A stretch of 64,000 nucleotides of DNA from an uncultured Christensenella sp. (GTDB lineage: Bacteria; Bacillota; Clostridia; Christensenellales; UBA3700). This document shows, one piece after another, positions 54,592 to 64,000 of the stretch (position 1 is its first letter; the number at the start of each line of letters is the position of its first letter). The notes under the pieces were generated by a model. The model was not told the DNA's origin. It saw only the letters and a list, made by a program, of their open reading frames with translations, and did not search any database. The translations under genes and the position numbers were made by a program. The DNA lies in contig CAJTVJ010000005.1 in the NCBI GenBank assembly GCA_910579785.1, forward strand, positions 4,385 through 68,384, read 5' to 3'.

Positions 54592-55992
54592 ATGAGACAG
54601 CGACTGAATTTGAACGATTCTATTTTGACTCGTTCTAGAAAAAATAGAATATTTGCTCAGCTCACGACAGCAAGAATTTTGTTGTTGGGCTTTTTTGCCG
54701 TCATACTCTTGGGCACGCTTTTGCTTTTGCTGCCGATATCCACAAAACAAGGAAAAAGAATAAACTTCATAGACGCGCTTTTCACCGCGACTTCGGCTAC
54801 CTGCGTGACGGGTCTTTCAGTAACTCCCACCGCAGGTACTTTTACAGTATTCGGTCAAATAATAATACTCGCGCTGATACAAGTCGGCGGTCTGGGCTTC
54901 ATGACAATTACTTCGTTTTTCTATTCTATGTTGGGCAGAAAGCTGACGCTTCGCAGACGGCTCAGCATGAGCGAAGATATGTCGCAGACAAGTATGCAGG
55001 GACTTAAAAATATCGCAATAAAGATTATGATAATAGCCCTCGGCAGCGAGATAATAGGCGTGATATTCCTGACGATAGGTTTTTGCATTCAAGGTATCCC
55101 CTTCGGCAAATCGCTTTGGTTTGGCATTTTCCACAGCATTTCTGCATTTTGTAACGCTGGCTTTGACATCGTGTCGATCACAGGAGTTTCGCTGATAGAA
55201 TACAACAACAACTATTTGATACTTCTCACGCTCGCCCTTTTGATAGGCATCGGCGGCGTGGGCTTTATCGTGCTGGTCGACATATCCGAACATAAGATTT
55301 TTTCCAAATGGTCGCTGCATACCAAAGTCGTCATAGTCATGACTTTGATACTTACTTTCGGCGGCGCTTTTATATTCTGGCTGGCAGAACGCAAAAACGG
55401 CGCCACTATCGGCAATATGAGTTTGTTCGGTCAATGGGTCAACAGTTATTTCCATGCGGTATCGTGCCGTACGGCAGGTTTTGCCTGCATACCTATGGAA
55501 GAACTTACCAATCTGTCTCTTTCACTGTCTATGGCATTGATGTTTATAGGCACTGCTCCCGGCTCTACCGGCGGCGGAATAAAAGTGACGACGCTGTTTA
55601 TTCTCGTCGTATACGTCATAGCTACTTTAAAACAAAAGAAAGAATTTGTTATAGATAAAAAGTCGATTGGTACCAATACCCTTGCCAAGGCGGCAAGCAC
55701 CCTGCTGCTTGCAATACTCGTACTTTTTATAAGTTCGACGGTAATATTTGCGGCAGAAAGCAAACAAAGCGTGGAAAACATGGTGCCGCTGATGTTTGAA
55801 CAGATAAGCGCATACTCCACCTGCGGTCTCAGCATGGGCATAACCCAATCTATGTCGACGCTTGGCAAGTTTATGCTGATACTAGATATGTATCTTGGCA
55901 GAATAGGCGCGTTTACTTTCTTTATGTCATTCTATAAGTCGCGCAAAAGAGAATCAAAAATCAAATACCCTGAGGCAAGCATCAACGTCTAG
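54592..55992 (+). CDS. trkH: TrkH/KtrB-family potassium uptake membrane subunit
   Basis: 466 aa. Polytopic, with repeated selectivity-filter-like TGLS / NAGF / RTAGF / STCGLS motifs. Confidence 0.9.
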   Translation: MRQRLNLNDSILTRSRKNRIFAQLTTARILLLGFFAVILLGTLLLLLPISTKQGKRINFIDALFTATSATCVTGLSVTPTAGTFTVFGQIIILALIQVGGLGFMTITSFFYSMLGRKLTLRRRLSMSEDMSQTSMQGLKNIAIKIMIIALGSEIIGVIFLTIGFCIQGIPFGKSLWFGIFHSISAFCNAGFDIVSITGVSLIEYNNNYLILLTLALLIGIGGVGFIVLVDISEHKIFSKWSLHTKVVIVMTLILTFGGAFIFWLAERKNGATIGNMSLFGQWVNSYFHAVSCRTAGFACIPMEELTNLSLSLSMALMFIGTAPGSTGGGIKVTTLFILVVYVIATLKQKKEFVIDKKSIGTNTLAKAASTLLLAILVLFISSTVIFAAESKQSVENMVPLMFEQISAYSTCGLSMGITQSMSTLGKFMLILDMYLGRIGAFTFFMSFYKSRKRESKIKYPEASINV

Positions 55993-56034
55993 CCTAAAAA
56001 TATACTCGGCATTACCTGCCGCACAGAGGTGAAT

Positions 56035-56724
56035 ATGAAAAGATTTAAACATACTAAAAAACAACAGTTTGCAGTGCTCGGCATGGGCAGATTCGGCTTT
56101 GAAATAACCAAAGCCCTCTATAATTACGGGTATGAAGTGCTTGCCGTCGATATGGACGACGAAAAAATACACGAAGTGTCTAATTTCAGCACGCACGCCA
56201 TTGTCGCAGACGTATCGGAAGAAAGCACGCTGCGCTCGCTTGCGATAGACAGCTTTGACACCGTCGTAATATCTATCGGCACAAATATTCAAGCCTCTAT
56301 CATGACTGCCCTTACCTGTAAAGAACTCGGCTGCGGCAACGTCATAGCCAAAGCTCACAACGAAAAGCACGGCAAACTGCTGAGCAAGATAGGCGTGGAC
56401 AACGTCATATATCCCGAAGCCGCGATAGCTACCAAAGTCGCAACTCAACTGATAAATCCCAATATCCAAAATCATATGGAGATTGTCTCGGGATACTCCA
56501 TCGCCGAAATAAATATCGCCGACAAGTGGACGGACAAAAACCTCAGCGAACTTGCTCTGCGCAACAGATACTCTGTCAACGTCCTTATCATTATCCGCGC
56601 CAATGACGAAATCATTACCAATCCTGCGGGCGATACTGTGCTTATGGCAGATGATATTCTTGTTGTCGGCGGCAGCAACGAAGATATCGAAGCGCTCAGC
56701 TTTGCCGTCAATGCAAGTAAATAA
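56035..56724 (+). CDS. trkA: TrkA/KtrA-family potassium uptake regulatory subunit (RCK domains)
   Basis: FAVLGMGRFG Rossmann motif with TrkA_N and TrkA_C layout. I prefer ATG 56035 behind AGAGGTG. The ORF track starts at GTG 56029. Confidence 0.9.
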   Translation: MKRFKHTKKQQFAVLGMGRFGFEITKALYNYGYEVLAVDMDDEKIHEVSNFSTHAIVADVSEESTLRSLAIDSFDTVVISIGTNIQASIMTALTCKELGCGNVIAKAHNEKHGKLLSKIGVDNVIYPEAAIATKVATQLINPNIQNHMEIVSGYSIAEINIADKWTDKNLSELALRNRYSVNVLIIIRANDEIITNPAGDTVLMADDILVVGGSNEDIEALSFAVNASK

Positions 56725-56743
56725 TTCAAGAGTAATAAAACTT

Positions 56744-56773
56744 AAAATCCGCCAAATCAAATGGCGGATTTTT
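56744..56773 (+). terminator. Rho-independent terminator of trkH-trkA
   Basis: 11-bp perfect stem AAAATCCGCCA / TGGCGGATTTT with loop AATCAAA. Ends in a T run. Confidence 0.85.
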
Positions 56774-56786
56774 ATAAGCTTGTTAT

Positions 56787-56925
56787 CTGTTTAGACCTCT
56801 CCGCATAGGGCGTAAGGAGCGTAGCGACGGAATAGCGTGCCAGCATGTGCGTCTCGACTTGGGCGAGCGTCGGTACTTATTTAACGTTGAGATTTCTCCA
56901 CGCGCTACGCTTGGTCGAAATGACA
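56787..56925. repeat. Mosaic repeat cluster J: H-L (CC) fused through GTCGGT to a K tail, followed by a forward TT hairpin
   Basis: 56787-56874 TTTAGACCTCTCCGCATAGGGCGTAAGGAGCG...GGGCGAGCGTCGGT; 56875-56925 ACTTATTTAACGTTGAGATTTCTCCACGCGCTACGCTTGGTCGAAATGACA. Confidence 0.9.
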
Positions 56926-56936
56926 CTATTCTAAAT

Positions 56937-57413
56937 TCAATTACGCTTTAATCTTTTACTTTCGGCGTAAAAGTCTTGGTCGGCTTCGTTGACAAAGTCG
57001 CCTATATTGAGTTCTTTGCTCATGAGTTCTGTCAGTTCGTCCTCATACTCTTTGAGCCTAGCCACTACGCCGTCGCGTTGAGCCCTGTCAATGACGTGCA
57101 CGTTGGCTTTGCAATAGGACTGCCACTTTGACGAGAATATTTTTATTCTCTCGCCTTCCAATGCAAATTTGACTTTGGAAGAATACTCAATATTCTTTGC
57201 CTTATCTATCGCCTGAGTGAGTGCAAGATTTATGCTGTCCTGTTCTCTTTTGAGTTCGTTTACCTTATTGCACATGTCATGATTCTCTTTGGTAAGCCCC
57301 TCTATCCTATCTCTCAATGCCAAAATGGTGCTCTCGTATTTGTCGGTGAGTATCTTTATGTACTCCTCGACCTGCCCCTTGTCATAGCCTCTTCTTTGCT
57401 GCGAAAAATTCAT
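56937..57413 (-). CDS. DivIVA-domain protein
   Basis: I prefer the start at MNFSQQRRGYDKGQVEEYI (ATG 57413-57411, GGTGGAG RBS). It has the DivIVA N-terminal signature and a coiled coil. Confidence 0.8.
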   Translation of the reverse strand: MNFSQQRRGYDKGQVEEYIKILTDKYESTILALRDRIEGLTKENHDMCNKVNELKREQDSINLALTQAIDKAKNIEYSSKVKFALEGERIKIFSSKWQSYCKANVHVIDRAQRDGVVARLKEYEDELTELMSKELNIGDFVNEADQDFYAESKRLKRN

Positions 57414-57520
57414 ACTCCACCTCGCCTTTTTTAATAAACATATTATACAAAAAAATAAGGTCACCGACATTGTCGATAACCTAATATTTTTGCTTATTTT
57501 GTATATTCCTGTCGAAAAGA

Positions 57521-58948
57521 CTAAGCCTTTTTATTTTCTTTTATCAATTTTTGTTTGAGATCATAAAGCTTTTGCGACAAATCGACCTTATATACGTGCG
57601 GATTGAGCATACGCTTATACTCATTCCAAAATTCTCCGTAACTCTGTCTGTGATATTCAGCTATCTCCATGACAATAGGTAATTTGTAGACCAATTTGCC
57701 GTCCTTTATTATCTGTCTGCCAAGCTCTTTGGCAACAAAGCCCGTGACCTTCTTTCTCTTCCAAGCAAAGTCGGGATGGAATATCTCCAACTCGTCCAAA
57801 CCGTCAAAATTCTCTTCCTGCAACGCAATGAGATCGGCGATAGCCTTGCCGCTGTTTTTGTCATAAAGTCTGACTATTTTCTTATACCCCGGATTGGTGA
57901 TCTTTGCCGGCGTGTCGCTCATCTTCATTTTTGGCTGCAACACTCCGTCCACCTCTATGCCTGCAAGTTTATATACTCCGCCAAGGCTGGGACAATCCAT
58001 ACTCGTGATAAGCTTGGTGCCTATGCCCCAAGTGTCGATGCAGGCATTCTGCGTAGCAAGAGATTGCAATACGTTCTCGTCTATATCGCCGCTTGCACAT
58101 ATCTTGGCATTGGGAAAACCTGCCTCGTCAAGCATCTTGCGCGCCTCTCTTGAAAGGTATGCCAAGTCTCCGCTGTCAAGTCTTATGCCGATAGGCTCAT
58201 GCCCCTTTGCCCTAAGCTCTTTAAATACCGTGATTGCGTTGGGCACTCCGCTGCCGAGAGTATCATAAGTGTCGCAAAGCAACATACACTTGTCGGGATA
58301 CATCTGCGCATAAGCTCTGAATGCGTCCAATTCGCTTGGAAAGCTCATGACCCAACTGTGGGCGTGCGTACCCGATACCGGCACGTCAAACATCTTGCCT
58401 GCAAGCACGTTGGACGTCGATTGACAGCCTGCTATCATTGCAGCCCTTGCGCCGTAAATTCCAGCGTCGGGTCCTTGCGCTCTTCTCAGTCCGAATTCTG
58501 CAATCGCGCCGCCCTTTGCCGCATAGACGATCTTTGCCGCCTTAGTTGCTATCAAAGTCTGGTGATTGAGTATGCAAAGTATCGCCGTCTCGATGAACTG
58601 CGCCTCAAACATCTTTGCGCGCACCGTAAGTATAGGCTCTTGCGGAAATATCACCGTACCTTCCGGCACTGCGTATATATCGCCGTTGAACTTAAAATCT
58701 TTGAGCAGACCCAAAAAGTCCTCGTCAAAGATATTGAGCGATCTCAGATAAGCTATGTCGTCGTCTTGAAATTTGAGATTTAGGACGTAATCCACGACTT
58801 GCTCTAAGCCGCAAGCCACCGCATAGTTGTTGCCAACACCTCTATAAAAAACGTCGAACACAGCCACTTCGTCCATCTGTTTGTTTTTACTGTAACCGTA
58901 CATCATGGTCAACTGATATAAATCAGTCAATAAAGTTAAATTCCTCAT
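57521..58948 (-). CDS. pncB: Nicotinate phosphoribosyltransferase
   Basis: I prefer the start at MRNLTLLTDLYQLTMMYGY (ATG 58948-58946, AGGAG RBS). Contains the GTHAHSW and RLDSGDL motifs. Confidence 0.93.
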   Translation of the reverse strand: MRNLTLLTDLYQLTMMYGYSKNKQMDEVAVFDVFYRGVGNNYAVACGLEQVVDYVLNLKFQDDDIAYLRSLNIFDEDFLGLLKDFKFNGDIYAVPEGTVIFPQEPILTVRAKMFEAQFIETAILCILNHQTLIATKAAKIVYAAKGGAIAEFGLRRAQGPDAGIYGARAAMIAGCQSTSNVLAGKMFDVPVSGTHAHSWVMSFPSELDAFRAYAQMYPDKCMLLCDTYDTLGSGVPNAITVFKELRAKGHEPIGIRLDSGDLAYLSREARKMLDEAGFPNAKICASGDIDENVLQSLATQNACIDTWGIGTKLITSMDCPSLGGVYKLAGIEVDGVLQPKMKMSDTPAKITNPGYKKIVRLYDKNSGKAIADLIALQEENFDGLDELEIFHPDFAWKRKKVTGFVAKELGRQIIKDGKLVYKLPIVMEIAEYHRQSYGEFWNEYKRMLNPHVYKVDLSQKLYDLKQKLIKENKKA

Positions 58949-59042
58949 TTTTGCTCCTGTGTTTTTTATGCCGAATTTCTTCGGTGAGGTTGGACAACTC
59001 GCCCATAACCGCTGTCTGCGCATCTTTTCTTCTGCATAAATT

Positions 59043-59072
59043 ATACGGCAAAATTATACAACTTTGCCGTAT
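59043..59072 (-). terminator. Hairpin terminator downstream of lgt
   Basis: 10-bp perfect stem ATACGGCAAA / TTTGCCGTAT with a 10-nt loop. The following T tract on the minus strand is weak. Confidence 0.55.
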
Positions 59073-59106
59073 CTTTGTCAATTATTATTGATTGCAAATC
59101 ACTTTT

Positions 59107-60159
59107 TTAAAGCGTATCTCCGCCGTCGGAAGGGCTATTTCCCGCCGACCTGCTATATTTGACTTGCTCTAATATCTCCAACTCTTTTAGCTCTTGCGCC
59201 TGATTTAGCTCGCCTAAATCTTGCGATACGCCGTCTGTCGATTCTCCCTCCATGGTTTCATTGCCGTTTGCCGAGATAAGTCTTGCCTTGCGCACCCTAG
59301 CCGTCACGTCGGCAAGCTTCTTATCGCACATATTGGCAAACCATTTGGCCTCAAAGTTGAGTTTGCCGAATTGTAGAAGCACCTGCAACACGATAGTAAC
59401 CGCAAACACGATATAACATATCACTTGCACCACCTTGACGTCGGAATCGCCGAAGGTCACGGGATTGCCGCCCTTGATAAATTCAAGCGTACCTCTTACC
59501 AAGCCGTACCATCCAAGATAAAAGAGGGATATAGTACCGTTTTTAAGAGGTTTTTTAGGCACAAAATACATCACCAGCGCAATAGCCAAGCCTATCGCGT
59601 TGAGCGTACCCTCAAAGAAGAACGACGCATAGTGCCACTTGCCCGTGCTCTCTATAAACACCGCAAAAGGCAAATGCTGCAACGCTTTGTCGGTCACCTC
59701 TATTCCGTAAAGTTCCTGATTGAAAAAGTTTCCCCATCTGCCGATGATCTGTCCCAAAAGCACAGCCATTACCACGCAGTCTGCCACTCGCATAAGCGAA
59801 TATTTGCGATTGCGCAGACAGCAGAAAAACACTCCCAGCGCGCCGCCGACGATACCGCCGATTATCGTAAGTCCGCCGCCCGATATATCAAGCATTTCTA
59901 AAAATCCGTCCCAAGACAGCGGATAGTCTTTACCTATTCTCGGCACGACGTAGAATATTCTGCAAAAAATCACAGCCAGCGGTATTACCCATATAAATAT
60001 CTCTAACGAAAAATCAAAGTCTATCTTCCTGACATACGCAAGCAAAAGATATAGACAAAACGCCAAAATTATGCCAAACGTAATAACGACGCCATACCAA
60101 TAAACCGGTCTGCCGAATATCTCAAACGCTACTCTGTCAATAGCCAACAACTGCTGCAT
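59107..60159 (-). CDS. lgt: Prolipoprotein diacylglyceryl transferase with a C-terminal acidic extension
   Basis: 350 aa with Lgt motifs (YWYGVVITFG, GRWGNFFNQELYG) and an additional tail of about 70 aa. Confidence 0.9.
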   Translation of the reverse strand: MQQLLAIDRVAFEIFGRPVYWYGVVITFGIILAFCLYLLLAYVRKIDFDFSLEIFIWVIPLAVIFCRIFYVVPRIGKDYPLSWDGFLEMLDISGGGLTIIGGIVGGALGVFFCCLRNRKYSLMRVADCVVMAVLLGQIIGRWGNFFNQELYGIEVTDKALQHLPFAVFIESTGKWHYASFFFEGTLNAIGLAIALVMYFVPKKPLKNGTISLFYLGWYGLVRGTLEFIKGGNPVTFGDSDVKVVQVICYIVFAVTIVLQVLLQFGKLNFEAKWFANMCDKKLADVTARVRKARLISANGNETMEGESTDGVSQDLGELNQAQELKELEILEQVKYSRSAGNSPSDGGDTL

Positions 60160-60204
60160 ATCTCTCCTCTATATCGCCGCTCGCCTATGCGACAGCGCGA
60201 CACC

Positions 60205-61464
60205 TTAAAACAATCTCTTGGTCCCGTCGTTGCGAACGCCTATTACGTAGACGTTGCTATCGTCAAAGACCTTCTTCATTTGCTCGACATAGCCGTCGCA
60301 TTTGCTCTTTTCAACGTACGCGATTATCGTGCCTGCAAATCCGCCGCCGTGAACTCTTACAGCCTTGACTCCGTCTATCTTCTTGCTGAGATTTATTCCA
60401 AGCGGTATTCTCTGATATACGTCTCCCTCAGGATAGCAGTTCTGCAACATCGTGTAAGAACTCTCTCCCGACTTGTTGATCATCTCGCAGAATTTGCGGT
60501 CGTTGTTCTTGGCGATAGCCTTGGCGCATACGTCCACCCTCTTGTTTTCGTCAAAGAAGTGCATGGTACGCATCAAAGCCCTTCCCGATATCGTATCTTG
60601 CAGTTGAGGAAGTCTGTCATAAAAATCGCTCTCTTTTACCTTTCTCAACTTCTTGGCATTGAACTGCTGAGCCACAATCTCCATGTCTGTTCTTATACCA
60701 GCATAATTATCGGTCAAATCGCTGTGGTCACCGCCCGTATTTGTCAATACGATATTCATATTATCGAAATTCCAATCCATAGATTTGAACGTAGGCGCCT
60801 TGGTAGATTTAAAATCTATATAGCTAACGCCTCCGAATGATATCGCGCTTTGATCCAAAAGTCCGCACGGCTTGCCGAAATATTTGTTTTCAGCATAATG
60901 CGACGCCTTGACTTTGGTAAATTTATCTATCTCGCCGCCGTTGTACATCTGATTGAGTATCTCTGCCATAAGCACTTCAAAGCATGCCGAAGAAGAAACA
61001 CCCGCACCTCTGAAAACGTCGCTTGTCGTCGTAGCGCAAAAGCCGCCGATATTCAAACCGTTTTCTTTGAAATAAGCGCACACGCCTCTCACTAAGGCAA
61101 CTGCTTTGCCCTCTTCGTTCTTTCTTGCGGCGAGGTCTGTCAAGCTGATACGAATAGGCGAGAAGCCTATCGACTCGACGATAATCTCCCCTTCGCAAGG
61201 AGTCACGCAAGCCAAAGTGTCGACGGTGATGGACGCGCAAAGCACCTTGCCGTTGTTGTGGTCTGTATGATTTCCGCATACCTCTATTCTGCCGGGCGAT
61301 GAATAAAAAATTCCGCCTTCTCCGTATTTCTTGCTATGTATGTCATAAATCTGTCTGTATCTATCAATTTGATACTCCAACTTGCCGTCGCCGTAAAGTC
61401 TTTGGACAAGCTGTGCAAAGTCAGCGCTGTTTGCCAAACCTTCGATTGTCTTTCTGTCTGCCAT
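60205..61464 (-). CDS. galK: Galactokinase
   Basis: I prefer the start at MADRKTIEG (ATG 61464-61462, AGAGG RBS). Contains GRIEVCGNHTDHNNG and the GHMP motif GAGVSSSA. Confidence 0.93.
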   Translation of the reverse strand: MADRKTIEGLANSADFAQLVQRLYGDGKLEYQIDRYRQIYDIHSKKYGEGGIFYSSPGRIEVCGNHTDHNNGKVLCASITVDTLACVTPCEGEIIVESIGFSPIRISLTDLAARKNEEGKAVALVRGVCAYFKENGLNIGGFCATTTSDVFRGAGVSSSACFEVLMAEILNQMYNGGEIDKFTKVKASHYAENKYFGKPCGLLDQSAISFGGVSYIDFKSTKAPTFKSMDWNFDNMNIVLTNTGGDHSDLTDNYAGIRTDMEIVAQQFNAKKLRKVKESDFYDRLPQLQDTISGRALMRTMHFFDENKRVDVCAKAIAKNNDRKFCEMINKSGESSYTMLQNCYPEGDVYQRIPLGINLSKKIDGVKAVRVHGGGFAGTIIAYVEKSKCDGYVEQMKKVFDDSNVYVIGVRNDGTKRLF

Positions 61465-61633
61465 AATTACCTCTTTAAAAGTCTGCGGCATGCAACGTCC
61501 CTGCATACCTTAAAATATTATATCACAACGACGTCTTATTGTAAATAGTTTGAGAAAATTATTTATGCCTCGCGTACACTTTTAACAAAAAGAAAAAAAT
61601 ATACATATTTATCTTAAATTCTTGATTTTTGTA

Positions 61634-61662
61634 TTGCAAATTCTATTATATTGTATTATAAT
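61634..61662 (+). promoter_or_regulatory. Sigma-A-type promoter of galT
   Basis: TTGCAA (61634-61639), 17-nt spacer, TATAAT (61657-61662). Confidence 0.55.
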
Positions 61663-61729
61663 TGAGATATGATTTTTATAAACTATATCGCATAAGCATA
61701 TGGATTTAAAATTTGAGAGGATTTTATAA

Positions 61730-63262
61730 ATGGATCAAGACACTTTGAAATTAAAACTCAGACAACTCGTCGACTATGCAAAAGATAATCTTTCTTTGAG
61801 AGCAGAAGACGAAGCTTTTGTCACCAACTCACTGCTTAGCACGTTTTCGCTCGGCGCGCCGTCGCAGCAAAGCGCGCCTTATGACGACTTCCAAAGCGAT
61901 ATCGTAGACCCTATCGTCGAATATGCCGTACAAAACGGTATGGCAAAAGACGAGGAAAGATTGCTTTTTGAGACCAAACTTTTGGGAATAGTAACGCCCG
62001 CGCCGTCAAGCGTAGTCGACAAATTCGACACGATTGCGGCAAATAAAGGCGTAAAAGCGGCTACGGATTGGCTATTTGAACTTTCTGTCAACAACAACTA
62101 CATACGCAAAGTCGACATACAAAAAAATATCAAATGGGAACACGTCGGCAAATTCGGCAAGATAGGTATAACAATCAACCTGTCCAAGCCGGAAAAAGAC
62201 CCCAAACAAATTGCTTTGGCAAAGCTTATGCCAAAGACGGGTTATCCGTCTTGTCTGCTCTGTACCGAAAACGTGGGTTATGCAGGCAATCTCAACCACC
62301 CTGCCCGTCAGACTTTGAGAATAATACCTATAAAGCTGGGCGGCGAAGATTGGTCAATTCAATATTCTCCTTATCAATATTACAACGAGCATATAATCGC
62401 GCTTTCCAACGAACATCGCCCGATGCTCGTCAACAGCGATACGCTTTATAGACTGCTTGACTTTGTGGATACCTTCCCCCATTACTTTATAGGAAGCAAT
62501 GCCGCTCTGCCTATCGTAGGCGGATCTATACTTACGCACGACCACTATCAAGGCGGAAGCAAAGTATTGCCTATGTTTGAAGCAGGCATACGTAAAAATT
62601 ACGTAGGCAATAAGTATAAAAACGTAAGTATTAGCATTGCAGATTGGTACAACAGCGTCGTAAGAGTAAGCGGAAAAAATAAATTTGAAGTACATGAAGT
62701 CGCCAGCGACATACTCAACTGCTGGGCAAATTGGACTGACGAATCGGTCAACGTGATATGCAATACAGGCGAACAGCACAACGCCGTTACTCCGATAGCC
62801 CGCAAAGAGGGTGACGACTATATCATTGATATGATATTACGTAACAACCGCACCGACGAGGCTCATCCGTACGGCATATTCCATCCGGAAGAGAAATTGC
62901 ACAATATTAAGAAAGAAGGTATCGGCATAATAGAAGTCATGGGCTTGTTCATACTCCCCGGCAGACTCAAAGCCGAACTCGAAGTGATAAAAGATTACAT
63001 CTGCGGCAACAAAAACATTGACTTTAAAGAACTCAACGACACAGAAAATCCAATGTATAAGCATGCGCAAACCATTATCCAACTTGTCAACGACCACGGC
63101 GACAACCGCGACAGAGCGTATGCAGACAGAGTTGTGACAGATTACGTCAACAACGCTTGCGAACAGATTCTTGAATGCACCGCTGTATTCAAAAACGACG
63201 AAAAGGGACAAACTGCCTTTGAAAAGTTTATTGAACAAGGTATGGGATTTAAACTCGTGTAA
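61730..63262 (+). CDS. galT: UDP-glucose--hexose-1-phosphate uridylyltransferase (type 2 GalT)
   Basis: 510 aa. Long Bacillota-type GalT pattern (GYPSCLLCTENVGY, YSPYQYYNEHIIAL, THDHYQGG). Confidence 0.93.
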   Translation: MDQDTLKLKLRQLVDYAKDNLSLRAEDEAFVTNSLLSTFSLGAPSQQSAPYDDFQSDIVDPIVEYAVQNGMAKDEERLLFETKLLGIVTPAPSSVVDKFDTIAANKGVKAATDWLFELSVNNNYIRKVDIQKNIKWEHVGKFGKIGITINLSKPEKDPKQIALAKLMPKTGYPSCLLCTENVGYAGNLNHPARQTLRIIPIKLGGEDWSIQYSPYQYYNEHIIALSNEHRPMLVNSDTLYRLLDFVDTFPHYFIGSNAALPIVGGSILTHDHYQGGSKVLPMFEAGIRKNYVGNKYKNVSISIADWYNSVVRVSGKNKFEVHEVASDILNCWANWTDESVNVICNTGEQHNAVTPIARKEGDDYIIDMILRNNRTDEAHPYGIFHPEEKLHNIKKEGIGIIEVMGLFILPGRLKAELEVIKDYICGNKNIDFKELNDTENPMYKHAQTIIQLVNDHGDNRDRAYADRVVTDYVNNACEQILECTAVFKNDEKGQTAFEKFIEQGMGFKLV

Positions 63263-63288
63263 TGATATAATATTATATTTATAAAGAT

Positions 63289-63317
63289 AAATCGGTCTGC
63301 TAGCGGACCGATTTTTT
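63289..63317 (+). terminator. Rho-independent terminator of galT
   Basis: 9-bp stem AAATCGGTC / GACCGATTT with an 8-nt loop, followed by TTTTTAT. Confidence 0.8.
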
Positions 63318-63353
63318 ATTTGTCTTTAAAATATTGTAATATTTGACAAATCC

Positions 63354-63842
63354 TAAGTCATTTAGATCAAGCGAAGCGCGTGGAGAAATCTTATACGCTT
63401 ATTTATTTAACTCGATTAGACTTCTCCACTACGGTCGAGGTGATTATTCTTAGTAGTTCATAATCAAATATGGTCATATCGAGCGTATTCGAGATATCTC
63501 ATCCGTTTATCTTCTTAACTCGTTGAGACCTCTCCGCTGTGGGCGTAAGGAGCGATAGCGACGGCATAGCGAGCAAGCAGGTGCGTCTTGTGCGAGCGTC
63601 GGTGACATTTCTCTCCCAAATTTGTAAATATATGGTCATTTCGACCGAAGTGCAACGTAGCGGAGAAATCTTAACCTTTTAAATTTTTAACTTGTTGAGA
63701 TTTCTCGACTACGCTCGAAATGACACAGCTATGTATTAAGTTACGATTGCTAAGGATATGAAGCATTTAGTTTGGCAAGTTGTAAGCAATAATTGCTCAT
63801 TTCGACCGAAGTGTAACGGAGCGGAGAAATCTAATCGAATTG
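63354..63842. repeat. Mosaic repeat cluster K: seven hairpin units, including the only TA/TA subtype copy and one H-L unit
   Basis: Units: reverse H TT (degenerate) 63354-63396; hybrid H CT/GG 63397-63445; reverse H TA/TA 63468-63505 (GGTCATATCGAGCGTATTCGAGATATCTC); H-L CC 63514-63619; reverse H TT 63629-63676; H TT 63686-63725; reverse H TT 63793-63842. Confidence 0.9.
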
Positions 63843-63861
63843 CATAATAAACAAATCTAAA

Positions 63862-63883
63862 AGCGCACTCATTAGAGTGCGCT
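63862..63883. terminator. Bidirectional hairpin terminator
   Basis: 9-bp stem AGCGCACTC / GAGTGCGCT with loop ATTA. AAAA on the left and TTTTTT on the right. Confidence 0.7.
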
Positions 63884-63938
63884 GATTTTTTGCATAAATT
63901 ACTTATAAATTCTTGGAAAATCTGCTTTACTTTATCAC

Positions 63939-64000
63939 TTATAACTCGTTGTCAAAGTCTTCAAGCGTCTTTATTGTGACCTTATAGCAATCGGAAAGAC
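63939..64000 (-). CDS. 3' end of an unidentified gene running in from beyond the window
   Basis: The minus-strand frame reads ...LSDCYKVTIKTLEDFDNEL then a stop (TAA at 63941-63939), followed by the terminator at 63862-63883. Too short to identify. Confidence 0.25.
   Translation of the reverse strand, partial: LSDCYKVTIKTLEDFDNEL

Noticed and set aside
58949-59042. NAD-related riboswitch or NiaR operator upstream of pncB
   Set aside because: The leader has a CCGAA-GAAA-TTCGG hairpin. I could match it to no known nadA or pnuC motif or NiaR palindrome from memory, and there is no terminator-like U tract. It is left unassigned.

Overview
This is a 64-kb chromosomal segment whose gene content and gene order look like Bacillota (Firmicutes, Clostridia-like). 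It is moderately AT-rich. I call about 56 protein genes, and all but six lie on the minus strand. Most of the window is conserved housekeeping. The blocks are nifU-nifS-Rrf2, glyA, tcdA-aspS-hisS, hslU-hslV-trmFO-topA-dprA-comM, and rplS. Next come yraN-rnhB-rbgA-DUF1292-trmD-rimM-KH-rpsP, ffh-ylxM, ftsY and smc. The rest comprises a histidine kinase/response regulator pair, a DUF885 lipoprotein, rlmD, a PflX-like radical SAM enzyme and a PfkB kinase. It ends with trkH-trkA, a DivIVA-domain protein, pncB, lgt, and divergent galK/galT. I found no rRNA, tRNA, CRISPR array, transposase or integrase. The most unusual signal is non-coding. A modular mosaic repeat family fills 11 intergenic loci (about 39 hairpin units, roughly 3.2 kb, about 5 percent of the window). 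The core hairpin exists in four subtypes whose two stem arms change in a compensatory way (TT/AA, CC/GG, CT/AG, TA/TA). The pairing is kept even when a conserved insert of about 75 nt sits in the loop. The layout resembles BIME/REP or BOX elements, but I do not recognise the sequence as a named family. Other points worth a second look:
- a 28-bp inverted repeat pair enclosing a promoter-like 80-bp segment upstream of a surface-protein gene (possible invertible switch);
- an AT-rich islet with three tandem XRE-type regulator paralogs next to a frameshifted orphan gene;
- an Rrf2 regulator with a tandemly duplicated Cys-rich insert and a perfect palindromic operator;
- a 1789-aa anchored protein built from at least six degenerate internal repeats;
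- several orphan membrane and zinc-ribbon proteins.
All calls come from reading the sequence and the supplied translations. No database search or folding program was run.
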